Assembly (NCBI GenBank): GCA_003009755.1
Contig: PXUB01000033.1
Location: 1 to 16,705 of the forward strand
Direction of reading: 5' to 3'
Length of the DNA: 16,705 bases
DNA from: Thermoplasmatales archaeon SW_10_69_26
Lineage (GTDB): Archaea; Thermoplasmatota; SW-10-69-26
Shown in pieces: positions 1 through 9,800 of this stretch; positions within the stretch are counted from its first letter, which is position 1; each line of letters begins with the position of its first letter. The translations under genes and the position numbers were made by a program. The notes beneath the pieces were generated by a model that searched no databases, was not told the DNA's origin, and saw only the letters and a list, made by a program, of their open reading frames with translations.

Positions 1-3000
1 CCGTCACCGTATCACCCACGGGCGAGCCCCCGCGCTCGATCGCGATCGCCGGCGGCTGGTTCTCCTCACCCACGGTGACCGTCACCATCTGCGTGTCCGT
101 GAGCCCCTCGGCCTCGGCGGCGAGCGTGATGTTGTGCTCGCCGACCTGGCTGTCCTCGGTCGGGGTCCAGGCGAACGTGGCCGTCGGCTCGGCGGTGGTC
201 TGGTTCTCGACCGTGAACGTCGCGTTGGAGGGCACGTTGCTGGCGGTGAGTTCGACGGGGTCGCCGTTGGCGTCGGTGGCGTTCGCCGTGAACGTGACCT
301 CGTGACCCAACCGCGTCGTCGGATCCGGCACGGGCTCGATCACAGGCCCGTCGTCGGTCACCGTGATCTCCACCTGGTCGGTGGTCTCGGCACCGTGCTC
401 GTCCCTGGCGGTGACCTCGAGCACGTACGTGCCGCGGTCCCTCGCGTCGATGTCCGTCCACGCGAGCGTGCCGACCGGGGCCGCGGTCCCCTGATCCTCG
501 ACGCTGAAGGTGGCGCCCTCCTCCAGCGGGGTGCCGCTGGCGGACAGCTCGACCGCGTCACCCTCCTCGCTGCTGGCGCTCACGTTGACCGACAGGTCCT
601 GCTCGTGGGCGCTCTCGACGGCGATCGGTGCCTCCAGCGCGGGCGCGAGGTTCCCGACGGTGACGGTGCGGGTCGTGGTGGACCGCATCCCCTCGGCATC
701 CTCGACCGTGAGCTCGACCTCGAAGCTGCCCAGCTCGTCGTAGGAGTGGGTGGGGTTGGCCATGCGACTCGTGTCCCCGTCGCCGAAGTCCCACTCGTGG
801 AAGACGATCGGCGCCGACCCCGGACGCGAGGTGTCGTTGAACTGAACCTCGTCCAGCCGGGTCGGCTCCTCGGGCTCGTAGGTGAACGAGCTGACAGGCT
901 CGACGAGGCAGCCGTTGTCGAGCGTGACGTCCGGGTTGGGGCCCTGCCAGGGCTGGAACTCGACGGTGTTGTCCTGGCCCTCGTCGAGGATGCGCTCCTC
1001 GATCGCGGCGCGGTGGTAGGCACCCCAGTCGTTGCAGGTCGCCTCGACAGTGAGACCCTGCGTGCCGCTGGTCAACGCCAGCGGGACCGTGGTGGTCTCC
1101 AGCCGCGTGTTGTTCACCGTGACGTCGGTCGGCTGCACACCGGCCTCGCCAGCGGCGAGCTCGACACCGCCCGTTTCGCCGGTGTTCACCCGATCGTTGG
1201 CGAGCGTGGCGCGGCGAGCCTCGTCGAGCTCGACGGCGAGCGTGTTCGCGGTCAGCTCGTTGTCGGCGGTCGCGACGTCGGTCCCGGTGACGGCGATGCC
1301 GACGTCGTTGGCCGTCAGCGTGTTGGCGGTGATCTCGGCGTCGTCGCCGTCGACCTGGATACCGGTCCCGAGCCCGTCGGCGGCGACGTTCTGGACCCTG
1401 GCATTCTTCGCCGTGTCACCGACCAGCAGGCCGGCGGAGGCGCTGGTGTCGAGCGTCGAGCCCTCCAGGCCCAGACCGGCGACGGTGGCCTCGTCGGCCG
1501 TCACGCGGATCGCGGGCTCGTCGGTGGCGCGTCCCTGGACGGCGACCTGGTCGTTGGCGACCCGGCAGGCATCCCCTCCGGGGGCGGCACAGAGCCTGAG
1601 CCCCTCGTGGGGGATCGTGACCGATTCGACGTAGGGCGTCGCGTCGACGCCGGAGCTGCCGGGGAGCAGCACGGTTCCCTCGGGCCCTGCGGCGTCGACG
1701 GCCTCCTGCACGCCGACGTAGGTCTCGCCCGTGTCGGCGACGATCGGCAGGGCCGGATCGGGAGAGCCGTCGGGGAGCAGGAACGGCACCAGCTTCAGCA
1801 CGTTGTCGGAGCCGTCGTCGGTGGCGCGTTGAGCGACGAGCTCGTGATCGTAGACGCTCCAGTCGTTGAGCCGGGCATCCACGGTGAGCTCCTCAACGTC
1901 CGCGTTCACGATCAGCGCCTCGGCGTTCGTCAGGTTCAACTGGTTCTCGCGGAGCCTCAGACCGTCGGGCTGGGTCTCCGCGGCGCACGTGGCTTCACCG
2001 CAGGCGCTCACCTCGACGGCGGCCGCATCCTGACCCTCGAAGTCGTTGGCCTCGATCAGCGTGTCCTGGGCGCCATCGTGCACCCAGACGCCCGAGCCCT
2101 CGCCGTCGACGTCGGTGGTCTCGAGCAAGTGGAGGGTGATCGCGTTGTCGCGAACGACGGCGTCCTGCGTCCCCGAGAGGCTGATGGCGCGAAGCCCGTT
2201 CGTCTCGAACGTGTTCTCGACGATCGTGGGCGATGCGTCGGTACCCGCCTTGATCGCCGAGCGGGTGATCTCGGTGAACGTGTTCCCTTCGATCGTACCC
2301 GGTGCGTTGGCGTCGGCGGCGACACCGGCGTGATCCCAGCGGCTGAACGTGTTGGCGTCCTCGGCGTCGGGGCCACCGATCTGGTAACCCTCACCCGCAT
2401 CGGGGTGCAGCTGGACGCCGCGCTGGTTCTCGGCGGGGCTCTCGTCCTCGAAGACGTTGCCCTCCAGGACGCTGCCCTGCAGCGTGAAGCCGGGGGCCTC
2501 ACGGGCCTTGATGCCGCCGCCGAACCCGGACAGGCCCGAGTTCTGGATGGTGAGACCCTGGATGGTGACGTCCTCGGCCTCGACCTGAACCGTGAAGGCT
2601 TCCTCACCTTCGGCGTCGACGACCGTCTGCTCGGTGTTCGCCGCGCAGGGATCCTCGAGCACGGGCTCGCCGGGCTCGAACTGGGGGTCGGGTGAGGTGC
2701 TGCAGATCCGGAGGCCGGTGAGCCTCTCGGCCTCGGTCTCGTCGGTGTCGTCGCCGTTGCCGTTGCAGTCGATCGTATCGTCGGCGCAGTTGTTGCGGTC
2801 GACGGTGGCGGGCCCGTCGTACGTGTTGGGCGTCAGAGTGCCTCCGTCGGAGGCGGGGATGGCGACGGTCACGTCGGGGTGGGCGAAGTCGACGGCGGCT
2901 TGGATGGTCGCGAACACGCACTCCTCGTCGCCGTCGCCGTCCTTGTCGATCCAGCGTGTATCCCCGAGACCATCCCCGTCGGCGTCGTAGCCACCGGTGG

Positions 3001-3691
3001 TCGTCTCTCGGTCCGGGTCGATGCAGTTGGACTCGGTCTGGCTGTGGTGGGCGTCGCCGACGAGGACGGGCAGGCCGGGTTCGGCGGTGCCGTCGTCGAG
3101 CAGGAAGGGGGAGAACAGCGCGGTGCCGGCGCCGGTGAGCTGGTCCTCGACCGCATCGGACGTGTCCAGGCCCCAGTCGTTGAGGCGGAGATCGGCGTCG
3201 ATGCCCTCTGCCGTAGCAACCGTGCCGTCGATGCGGTTGAAGTCGAGGACGGCGTCGCCCTCGACCGCGACGAGGGGAGCGGTGGAGCCGTCGGGGTTCT
3301 GGATGGTGAGTTCGGTGAGGCTGACGCCGTCGGCAGCGATGGCAAGCGTCGGATCGGCGGCTCCGTCGCCGTCGAGGATCGTCGAGCTGCGATCGGTGCC
3401 GACGATCTCGACAGGCTTGTCAACGGTGACGGTCTCTGCATAGGTGCCGGCCTCGACCTCGATCGTGTCGCCGGCGGCGGCGTGGTCGACGGCGGCTTGG
3501 AGCGACGCGAAGTCGGCGTCGCCATCGTCGTCGACGACGATCGCGGATCCCTCGTGGCTGGCGGCGGCCGGCGCGGACAGGGCCGCGAGGCCGGCGGTCA
3601 GGAGAACGGCGGCCAGCGCGAGGACGGCGGGCCTGGCGAACGTCGAAGCTGCTGAGCGAGAATCGTTGGCACGCGATCGAGTGCGGTTCAT
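1..3691 (-). CDS. Large secreted/surface protein (3'-truncated at the window edge, >1230 aa): signal peptide + 3 right-handed parallel beta-helix (pectin-lyase/NosD-like) modules + PKD + at least 2 Ig/cadherin-like (He_PIG-type) domains
   Basis: I translated this by hand and found no stop between the ATG at 3691 and position 1, consistent with its absence from the ORF track. GGGAGG lies 6 nt upstream. N-terminus MNRTRSRANDSRSAASTFARPAVLALAAVLLTAGLAALSAPAAA|SHEG. Beta-helix N-caps DFASLQAAVD..GDTIEVEAGTY, VFATIQAAVD, YVGVQEAVD; C-caps DLRLNDWG, DARLNDWS, EATCNDWG. PKD motif HEWDFGDG..PTHSYDELGSFEVELTVED (~650-900). Ig-like motifs GATFSV..LAWT..GTYVLEVTARD and NATFTV..FAWTPT..VGEHNITL. Codon usage is C-ending like the neighbouring gene. 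Confidence 0.92.
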   Translation of the reverse strand, partial: MNRTRSRANDSRSAASTFARPAVLALAAVLLTAGLAALSAPAAASHEGSAIVVDDDGDADFASLQAAVDHAAAGDTIEVEAGTYAETVTVDKPVEIVGTDRSSTILDGDGAADPTLAIAADGVSLTELTIQNPDGSTAPLVAVEGDAVLDFNRIDGTVATAEGIDADLRLNDWGLDTSDAVEDQLTGAGTALFSPFLLDDGTAEPGLPVLVGDAHHSQTESNCIDPDRETTTGGYDADGDGLGDTRWIDKDGDGDEECVFATIQAAVDFAHPDVTVAIPASDGGTLTPNTYDGPATVDRNNCADDTIDCNGNGDDTDETEAERLTGLRICSTSPDPQFEPGEPVLEDPCAANTEQTVVDAEGEEAFTVQVEAEDVTIQGLTIQNSGLSGFGGGIKAREAPGFTLQGSVLEGNVFEDESPAENQRGVQLHPDAGEGYQIGGPDAEDANTFSRWDHAGVAADANAPGTIEGNTFTEITRSAIKAGTDASPTIVENTFETNGLRAISLSGTQDAVVRDNAITLHLLETTDVDGEGSGVWVHDGAQDTLIEANDFEGQDAAAVEVSACGEATCAAETQPDGLRLRENQLNLTNAEALIVNADVEELTVDARLNDWSVYDHELVAQRATDDGSDNVLKLVPFLLPDGSPDPALPIVADTGETYVGVQEAVDAAGPEGTVLLPGSSGVDATPYVESVTIPHEGLRLCAAPGGDACRVANDQVAVQGRATDEPAIRVTADEATVAGLGLEGSTLDTSASAGLLVGDTAKNARVQNVAADGLGTGIQVDGDDAEITANTLTANDVGIAVTGTDVATADNELTANTLAVELDEARRATLANDRVNTGETGGVELAAGEAGVQPTDVTVNNTRLETTTVPLALTSGTQGLTVEATCNDWGAYHRAAIEERILDEGQDNTVEFQPWQGPNPDVTLDNGCLVEPVSSFTYEPEEPTRLDEVQFNDTSRPGSAPIVFHEWDFGDGDTSRMANPTHSYDELGSFEVELTVEDAEGMRSTTTRTVTVGNLAPALEAPIAVESAHEQDLSVNVSASSEEGDAVELSASGTPLEEGATFSVEDQGTAAPVGTLAWTDIDARDRGTYVLEVTARDEHGAETTDQVEITVTDDGPVIEPVPDPTTRLGHEVTFTANATDANGDPVELTASNVPSNATFTVENQTTAEPTATFAWTPTEDSQVGEHNITLAAEAEGLTDTQMVTVTVGEENQPPAIAIERGGSPVGDTVT

Positions 3692-3697
3692 CGACAG

Positions 3698-3703
3698 CCT
3701 CCC
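3698..3703 (-). promoter_or_regulatory. Shine-Dalgarno ribosome-binding site for the gene starting at 3691
   Basis: Minus strand reads GGGAGG-ctgtcg-ATG (6-nt spacer). Confidence 0.75.
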
Positions 3704-3731
3704 ATGCTGACCGAAAGCCAGCAGTTGCGGG

Positions 3732-3737
3732 TATAAA
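3732..3737 (-). promoter_or_regulatory. Putative archaeal TATA box for the beta-helix gene
   Basis: TTTATA on the minus strand, ~41 nt upstream of the ATG, in an otherwise GC-rich region. The spacing implies a short leader that would just contain the SD. The BRE match is weak. Confidence 0.5.
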
Positions 3738-3836
3738 CAGCCAGCCCTGCATAAGTGCTGTCCGCCAACCGGGGTAAGCAACACCTTCACGCGACCTGTT
3801 CCCACGTCTACCAGCCGTTGGAGGCGGTGGCGGACT

Positions 3837-3872
3837 GGCCCCGGCCTCCGTCGTTGATGGGAGACCGGGGCC
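3837..3872 (-). terminator. GC-rich stem-loop just downstream of the giant protease gene (terminator or mRNA 3' stabiliser)
   Basis: Minus-strand RNA GGCCCCGGUCUCC-N10-GGAGGCCGGGGCC: a 13-bp stem with one G:U pair, starting 16 nt after the TGA. No U-tract follows. Confidence 0.55.
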
Positions 3873-3888
3873 GTGGTGGGGTGGCCGA

Positions 3889-6800
3889 TCAGCCGTCCTT
3901 GTACGGCTGGTAGATCACGTCGTTGCCGTTCTCCTCGAACCGCTGTTCGACGAGCAGGTCGGTGTAGACGCCCCAGTCGTTGTACCGGGCGTCGTAGGTC
4001 AGGCCGTTCGTGGCGTCGGTGAAGGTCAGGCAGACCGACGTGTCGAGGGTGCAGGTGGACGCCCACATCAGCGAGCCCGTGGGGGCTGCTTGGCCGTCGA
4101 CGTCCTCGACGAGGACGCCCTCGTTCAGCTCGTCGAGTTCGACGTGCTCGATCATCGTGCTCGGCGCGGTCACGTGGGCCCCGCGAGCGGTGTCGTTCAG
4201 GCGAACGCCCTGGAGCGAGGTCCCCTCGGCGGCGAGGGTGAGGGCGGTGCCTTGGGGGGCGGTCAGGTTCACGCTCGGCTCCGACAGGCAGCGATCGGCT
4301 GCGTCGGTGCTACCGCACAGCGTCACGCCCGGCGTGTCGACGGTGAAGGGGCCGGTGTAGTTGCCGGGCTCGACCCACACGGTCCCGTCGGTCGGGACGG
4401 CGGCCAGGGCCTCGTCGATCGTCTGGTAGCCCAGATCCTCGGAGGTGCGCGCCGCGCGGGGCACGTCCTCGACAGTGATCTGTACGCTCTCCTCGACCGT
4501 CACGTACGTGTCGTTGGCGCTGAACGTGACGGTGTAGGTGCCGGCCTGGTCGGCGGTGGGTCGCCACGTCAGCTCGCGGGCGTCGGCGTCGAAGGTGGCG
4601 CCCTCGGGCAGCCCGGAGGCGTCGACGGTGAGCTCGGCCTCGGTGTTGTCGCGGTCGCTGACGTCGACGGGGACCCTCAGCGTCGTCATCTCCTCGACCG
4701 TCTGGTCGGGGATGGGGGCGATCTCGGGGGCGCGGTTCTCCACGGTGACGTCGACCGTCGCCCGGGTGCTCGTCGCGCCGTCGTCGTCGACGACCTGCAC
4801 GGTGGCAGCGAAGGTGCCCTGCTGCTCGTAGGTGTGGGTGAGCGTCGGGTCCTCGGTCCGGATGGGATCGGTCCCGTCGCCGGGATCGAACACGTACTCC
4901 GCGATCGAGCCGTCGACGTCGGTGCTGTTCCCGGCGTCCAGCGTGCGCTCGGTGTACGTCAGGTCGCGCTCGGGCGAGACGTCGAGAGCCGCCCTCGGGG
5001 CTTGGTTGAGGACCTCGATGGTGTGCGTGGCGTCGTCGGTGGCGCCGTTGCTGTCCTCGACGGTGAGCTCGACGGTGTAGGTCCCCTGGGCTTCGTAGGT
5101 GTGGTTGACCGTGGCTCCTGTCAGCGAGGTGCCGTCCCCCATCGACCACCGGTAGCTTTGGATCGCACCGTCGGGGTCCTGGCTGTCGGTCGCGTCGAAC
5201 GTGGCCGGCGTGAAGGTGGCGATCTCGTCGGGAGCTTGGACCGCGGCCGTGGGTGCGAGGTTCTCCGCGACGATCTCGACGGTGTCGAGGGTCGACCAGC
5301 GGCCGTCGTCGTCTCGAACGGTCAGCGTGGCGTTGTACGTGCCGGGCTCGGTGTAGTTGTGCTCGATCGTGGCCGCATCCGTCGTGACGGAGCCGCTGTC
5401 GTCGCCGGGGGTGAACCGGTAGGTGGTCACGGTCCCGTCGGGGTCCGCGGAGGCGGAGCCGTCGAGGGTGACCGTCGTGTTCATGTCGGTCGTCGTCGGC
5501 GAGGCGTCGAGGACGGCGTCGGGTGCCGTCGTGACGGTGACGTCGTTGCGCGTGGGTCCGTTCATGTCGAGCCCGTCGAAGTAGCGGGCCTCGATGCCGA
5601 CGTCGCCCTTGGACGAGCTGGCGTCCCAGTCGTAGGTCCAGGTGGCCCACGAGCCATTGGGGCCGGTGGCGGTGGCCGGTCGCCAGTCCTCCTCGGCGCC
5701 TAGCGATTCGTCCGCGGTCTCCTCGCGGAACTCGACATAGCGATCGCCGACGGCGGCGACGTCGGTGGTCGCGGTGTCCTGTCCGGCGTCGTTGGTGGCG
5801 GTGACGTTGACGTCGTAGCGCCCGGGCTCGGTGTAGGCGTGCGTGACGGTGCTGTTATCGGTCGTCGTCAGGGTCGACCCGTCCCCGAACTCCCACTCGT
5901 AGGTGACCGGTGAGGTGCCCTGCGAGAGGTTGACGGTGAAGTTCACGGGTTGGTCGACGTCGGCTCGCGAGGGGTCGGCCGCGAACGACTGGATGCGCGG
6001 CGGCTCGTTGTCGGCGACGTTGTCGACGGCGAACGCGACGGTGTCGCGCACCTGGTCGCCGTCCTGGGTCGTGTAGAGAGCGCTCGCGGAGTAGTCGCCG
6101 TCTCCGACCTGGGTGCTGTCCCAGCCCGTGGACCAGCTCTGCACCCCGTCGGCGTCGGTCGGGCCGAAGACGGTCTCGCCGTCGGCCAGCCGGGTGACGG
6201 TCACCTCGACGCGTTCGTCGGTCGTCTCGGCTTCGGGGGTGGCGGTCACCGTGTCGGAGGTCGGGCCTTCGACGCCGTCAGCGACGGCGCTGACAGTGTA
6301 CCCGTAGGATTGGCCGTTGATGACGTCCGTGTCGGTGTAGCGGGTCTCGGTGATCTCGGCGACCTGGGACCCATCGCGGTAAACGCGGTAGTCTTCGGCG
6401 CCGTCGACGGGCGTCCAATCGAGGTGGACCTGCTCGTCGCCAGCGGTGGCCTCGAGGCCGGTGACTTGGGCGGGCGCGGTCGGCTCGGTGACCTCCGGCA
6501 CGGTCAGGGACCAGGGGTTGTCGGGACCGCCGCCGAACACGGCGTGCGGCGGGCCGAAGTAGGCGTCCAGCTCCTGCGAGGAGTCGAACGTGATGGCGAG
6601 CTGGAGCGTGGAGCCGGCCGCCAGCGTAGTCGGCGCACCCGAGTCGAACGTCAGATCCACCATCCAGGGGTACTCCTGGAAGGTCAGCGGGCCGACCGTG
6701 GCGCCGGTCTCGCCGACCGCGCCAGGCTCGCTGGCGGTACCGACCTGAGCGGAGACGTCGATCGGGGCCAGCGCGCAGTCCCCGCACGGGAAGCCCGAGA

Positions 6801-9800
6801 CGCCGGTGCGGACGGAGACGGTCTCGCCGGCGGCGATCTCGAGGTCGCTGTCGAGCGTGGTGGTGAACACCATCTCGAGGGGTTCCTCGGTGCAGCCGAA
6901 CGCGGTGTGCGAGGCGCTCTCGCCGGTCGGCTCGGTCTCGGTCAGCGGTCCCTGCAGCCCGGTGCAGCTGTCCGTTGCGCCGCTGCGCTGCTGGAGCGTG
7001 GCGAGCACGTCGTCTGGGTGGAAGGTGCGCGGCTCGACGGTGCCCACCGATCCGTCGTCGATGCTGTCGGTGAACGGCAGGGTGAGCTGCCAGCTGTCGG
7101 TTTCCTCGCCGCGAAGGTCCACGCTGTTGTCGTCCTGCGTTCGGTAGGTCACGACGACGTCGACGGCGGCGCCCTTAGGCACTGTGCCGTCCCAGTCGTC
7201 GTCGACGAGGACGTCGAACGTGACGGTGTTGGGTTGTTGGGCGATGAAGTTGGCCGTCGTGGAGCCGCTTGCTCGCTTCTGCCCGTCGACCAGCACGTCG
7301 AGCTGGATCTCAGCCTCGATGTCGGCCGGGGCCGAGAACGTGAGCTGGGCCTGCCCGACCCCGCCGGGTCGCACGAGCAACTCCTGGCTGGGAGCCGGGA
7401 GCAGCGGGAACGTGTCCGTGCCGTCGCCGGCGACGCTGATTGACGTGGAGCCACCGGCGTTGCTCTCCGGATCGTCCTCGTCGGCGCTGGTCCACTGCGA
7501 GTCGATCGTGCTGTCGCCGTCCTCGTCGCGTAGGTGGAAGAACAGCGTGTCCTGGCTGGGGCTGGGTTCGCCGCCGGCGTGGCCGTGGGCTTGCACGGTC
7601 ACCGTGTCCGCGACGGTGGAACCGTCGAGGAGGGTGGCCGTGAGCGTGAGCTCGTGGGTGCCGGGCTCCTCGTAGACGTGGTCGAGCACCGCGGGCGGGG
7701 TGCCGAACCCGGTGAGGCTGGTGCCGTCCCCCCAGTCGACGCGCCACTCGGTGATGGTGCCCTCGGTGTGGGTCCGGATCTGCGTGGAGAGCGGCGCCTT
7801 GCTCTCGGTGGGCGTGAGCGGTTCGACGAGGATGCCGCCCTCGCTCGTGGTCGACGTGGAGTCGGCGCTCGTCGGATCCTCGGCGGTGCCGGCGATCGTG
7901 ACGGTGCCATCGACGGTCTCGTCCTGGGCGGGCGTCTCGATCGTGACCGACGGTCCGGGGGTGTCGGCCTCGTTGTTGACCGTGACGCCAACGACGTCTT
8001 CGTCGGTTGTGGAGCCGGCGGTGACCCGCGCGGTGATGGAGGTGTCGCCGTCGTCGGCCTGCGTCGTATCGAAGGTGGCCGACCAGTCGGCGGTCGCGTC
8101 GACCGTCTTCGTGCCGAGCTCGGGGATCTCGACGGTGACCTGGCCCTCGGAGGCCTCGGGGCTGACGGTGACATCGGTGCCGGCGGGAGCCTGGCCGGTG
8201 TCGGCGGGGCCGCTGGCGCCGTTGGCGCCGAGGGACACGATGCCGAGCAGATCGGTCAGCCTCTCGCCGTCCTGGACGGAGTTGCCACCGGAGTCCTGGA
8301 TCGCGGTCTTGGAGACGTTGAAGGCGACGAGGTCGTCCTCGGGCGCCCAGTAGCCATCCACGTACTGCTCGAAGCTCCACTGGCTGGCGGCTTCGCCGGG
8401 CGCGGGCTCGGCGCGGGTCAGCAGCCGGAACTCGGGGGTCAGGTTCGTGTCCTGGTTCTCGGCGCTGAAGACGGGGTTGATCTTGCTATCCAGCCAGAAC
8501 TCCTGGTCGGCGTAGCTGAACTGCACTCCATAGCGCAGATACTCGGCGTTCGTCGGTTGCTCGGGGAGGTCTGCGACCCCGATCCCGAGGTTGAACCGGT
8601 CGTCGCTTGGCCCCTCGTCGCCCCAGGCGTACCCGGCGACCATGTCGGCGCGGTCGAGCGGGAAGCTGCCGGCCCCGAAGAGGCTGGCGTCGCCCTCGGG
8701 GTCCGTCCACAGCGGATCGTCCAGCGACAGCGAGGGGTCCGGCGAGGGAACGTGGGCATCCCCGGTGACGGTCAGGTCGTCGGACACGCTTGCGCCGTCG
8801 TCGGGCTCGGTGATCGCGACGGTCAGGTCGTCGGCGACGGTAACTGTGGTCGTGTCGGTGGCTTGTTGGTCGTCGGCGTCGGTGACGGTGAGCGTGACGT
8901 CGTACTCCCCGGCCTGCGTCCAGGTGTGCGCGATCTCGGCGCCGGTCTTCGTGTTGTCGTCGCCGAGCTCCCACTTATACGAGTACTCGGGGGTCCCGCC
9001 GGAGGCCGAGGCCGACAGCGTCGTCTCGACGTCGGGCGCGGTCTCGTAGGGGCCACCCGCGTCCGCGGTGAACGCGTCGTCGGGATCGTAGCGATCGCGG
9101 GCCTCCTGGACGGCGAGGTAGGCGTCCACGTTGCCGTAGCCGACGACGGGCGCCCACTGCCCGGTGGGCTCTTGGTCGCCAACGTGGGCCGTCTGCGTGA
9201 GGATCTCCTTGACCTCGGTGGGTGTGAGGTCGGGGTTGGCCTCGTACATGAGAGCGACGACGCCGGCCACGATCGGCGCTGAGAAGCTGGTGCCGCTCGA
9301 GCACTCGTTGTAGGCGTTATCGTTGGCGCTGGTGGGCATGGCCACGCAGACGCCGGGAGCCATGACCTCGGGCTTGTCGATCGTGGTGTCGGAGGCGGCC
9401 ACGCTGCCGGAGGCCCCGCAGGGGGAGATCCAGCCCTTCGCGAACCCGCCGGCACCGTGGCAGGGGACGTCGTCGATCCGGGAGACGCTGTTCAGGGTGT
9501 CGATGTTGCCGACGGTGATGGCTCGCTCGGCGGTCGCCGGGGAGCCCATGGTGCCGAAGTTGCCCGAGGAGGTGACGACGACGAGGCCCTGCTCGGCGGC
9601 CTGGTTGATGCACGTGTCGTCGGCGCTGCTGATGGGGACGACCGATCCGTAGCTGAGGCTCGCGACGCGGATGTCCGCCGGGTGGTCGATCGTCTTTTCC
9701 AGGGCCTCGCAGGTGCGCGTTGCAACGGTTCCCGTGTTCGGGTCGGGCTCGGACAGGGCCTGCACGTTCAGGACACCGGCCGCGGGCGCCGCGCCCACGT

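Noticed and set aside
134-2695. 853-aa plus-strand ORF, and similar long plus-strand ORFs at 2879..3655, 4090..5703, 5950..7443, 7534..9282, 9457..10881, 12454..13752 and 13774..15693
   Set aside because: These are antisense shadows of the real minus-strand genes. GC-rich codon bias suppresses stops on the opposite strand, and the products are V/G/R-rich with no recognisable motifs.
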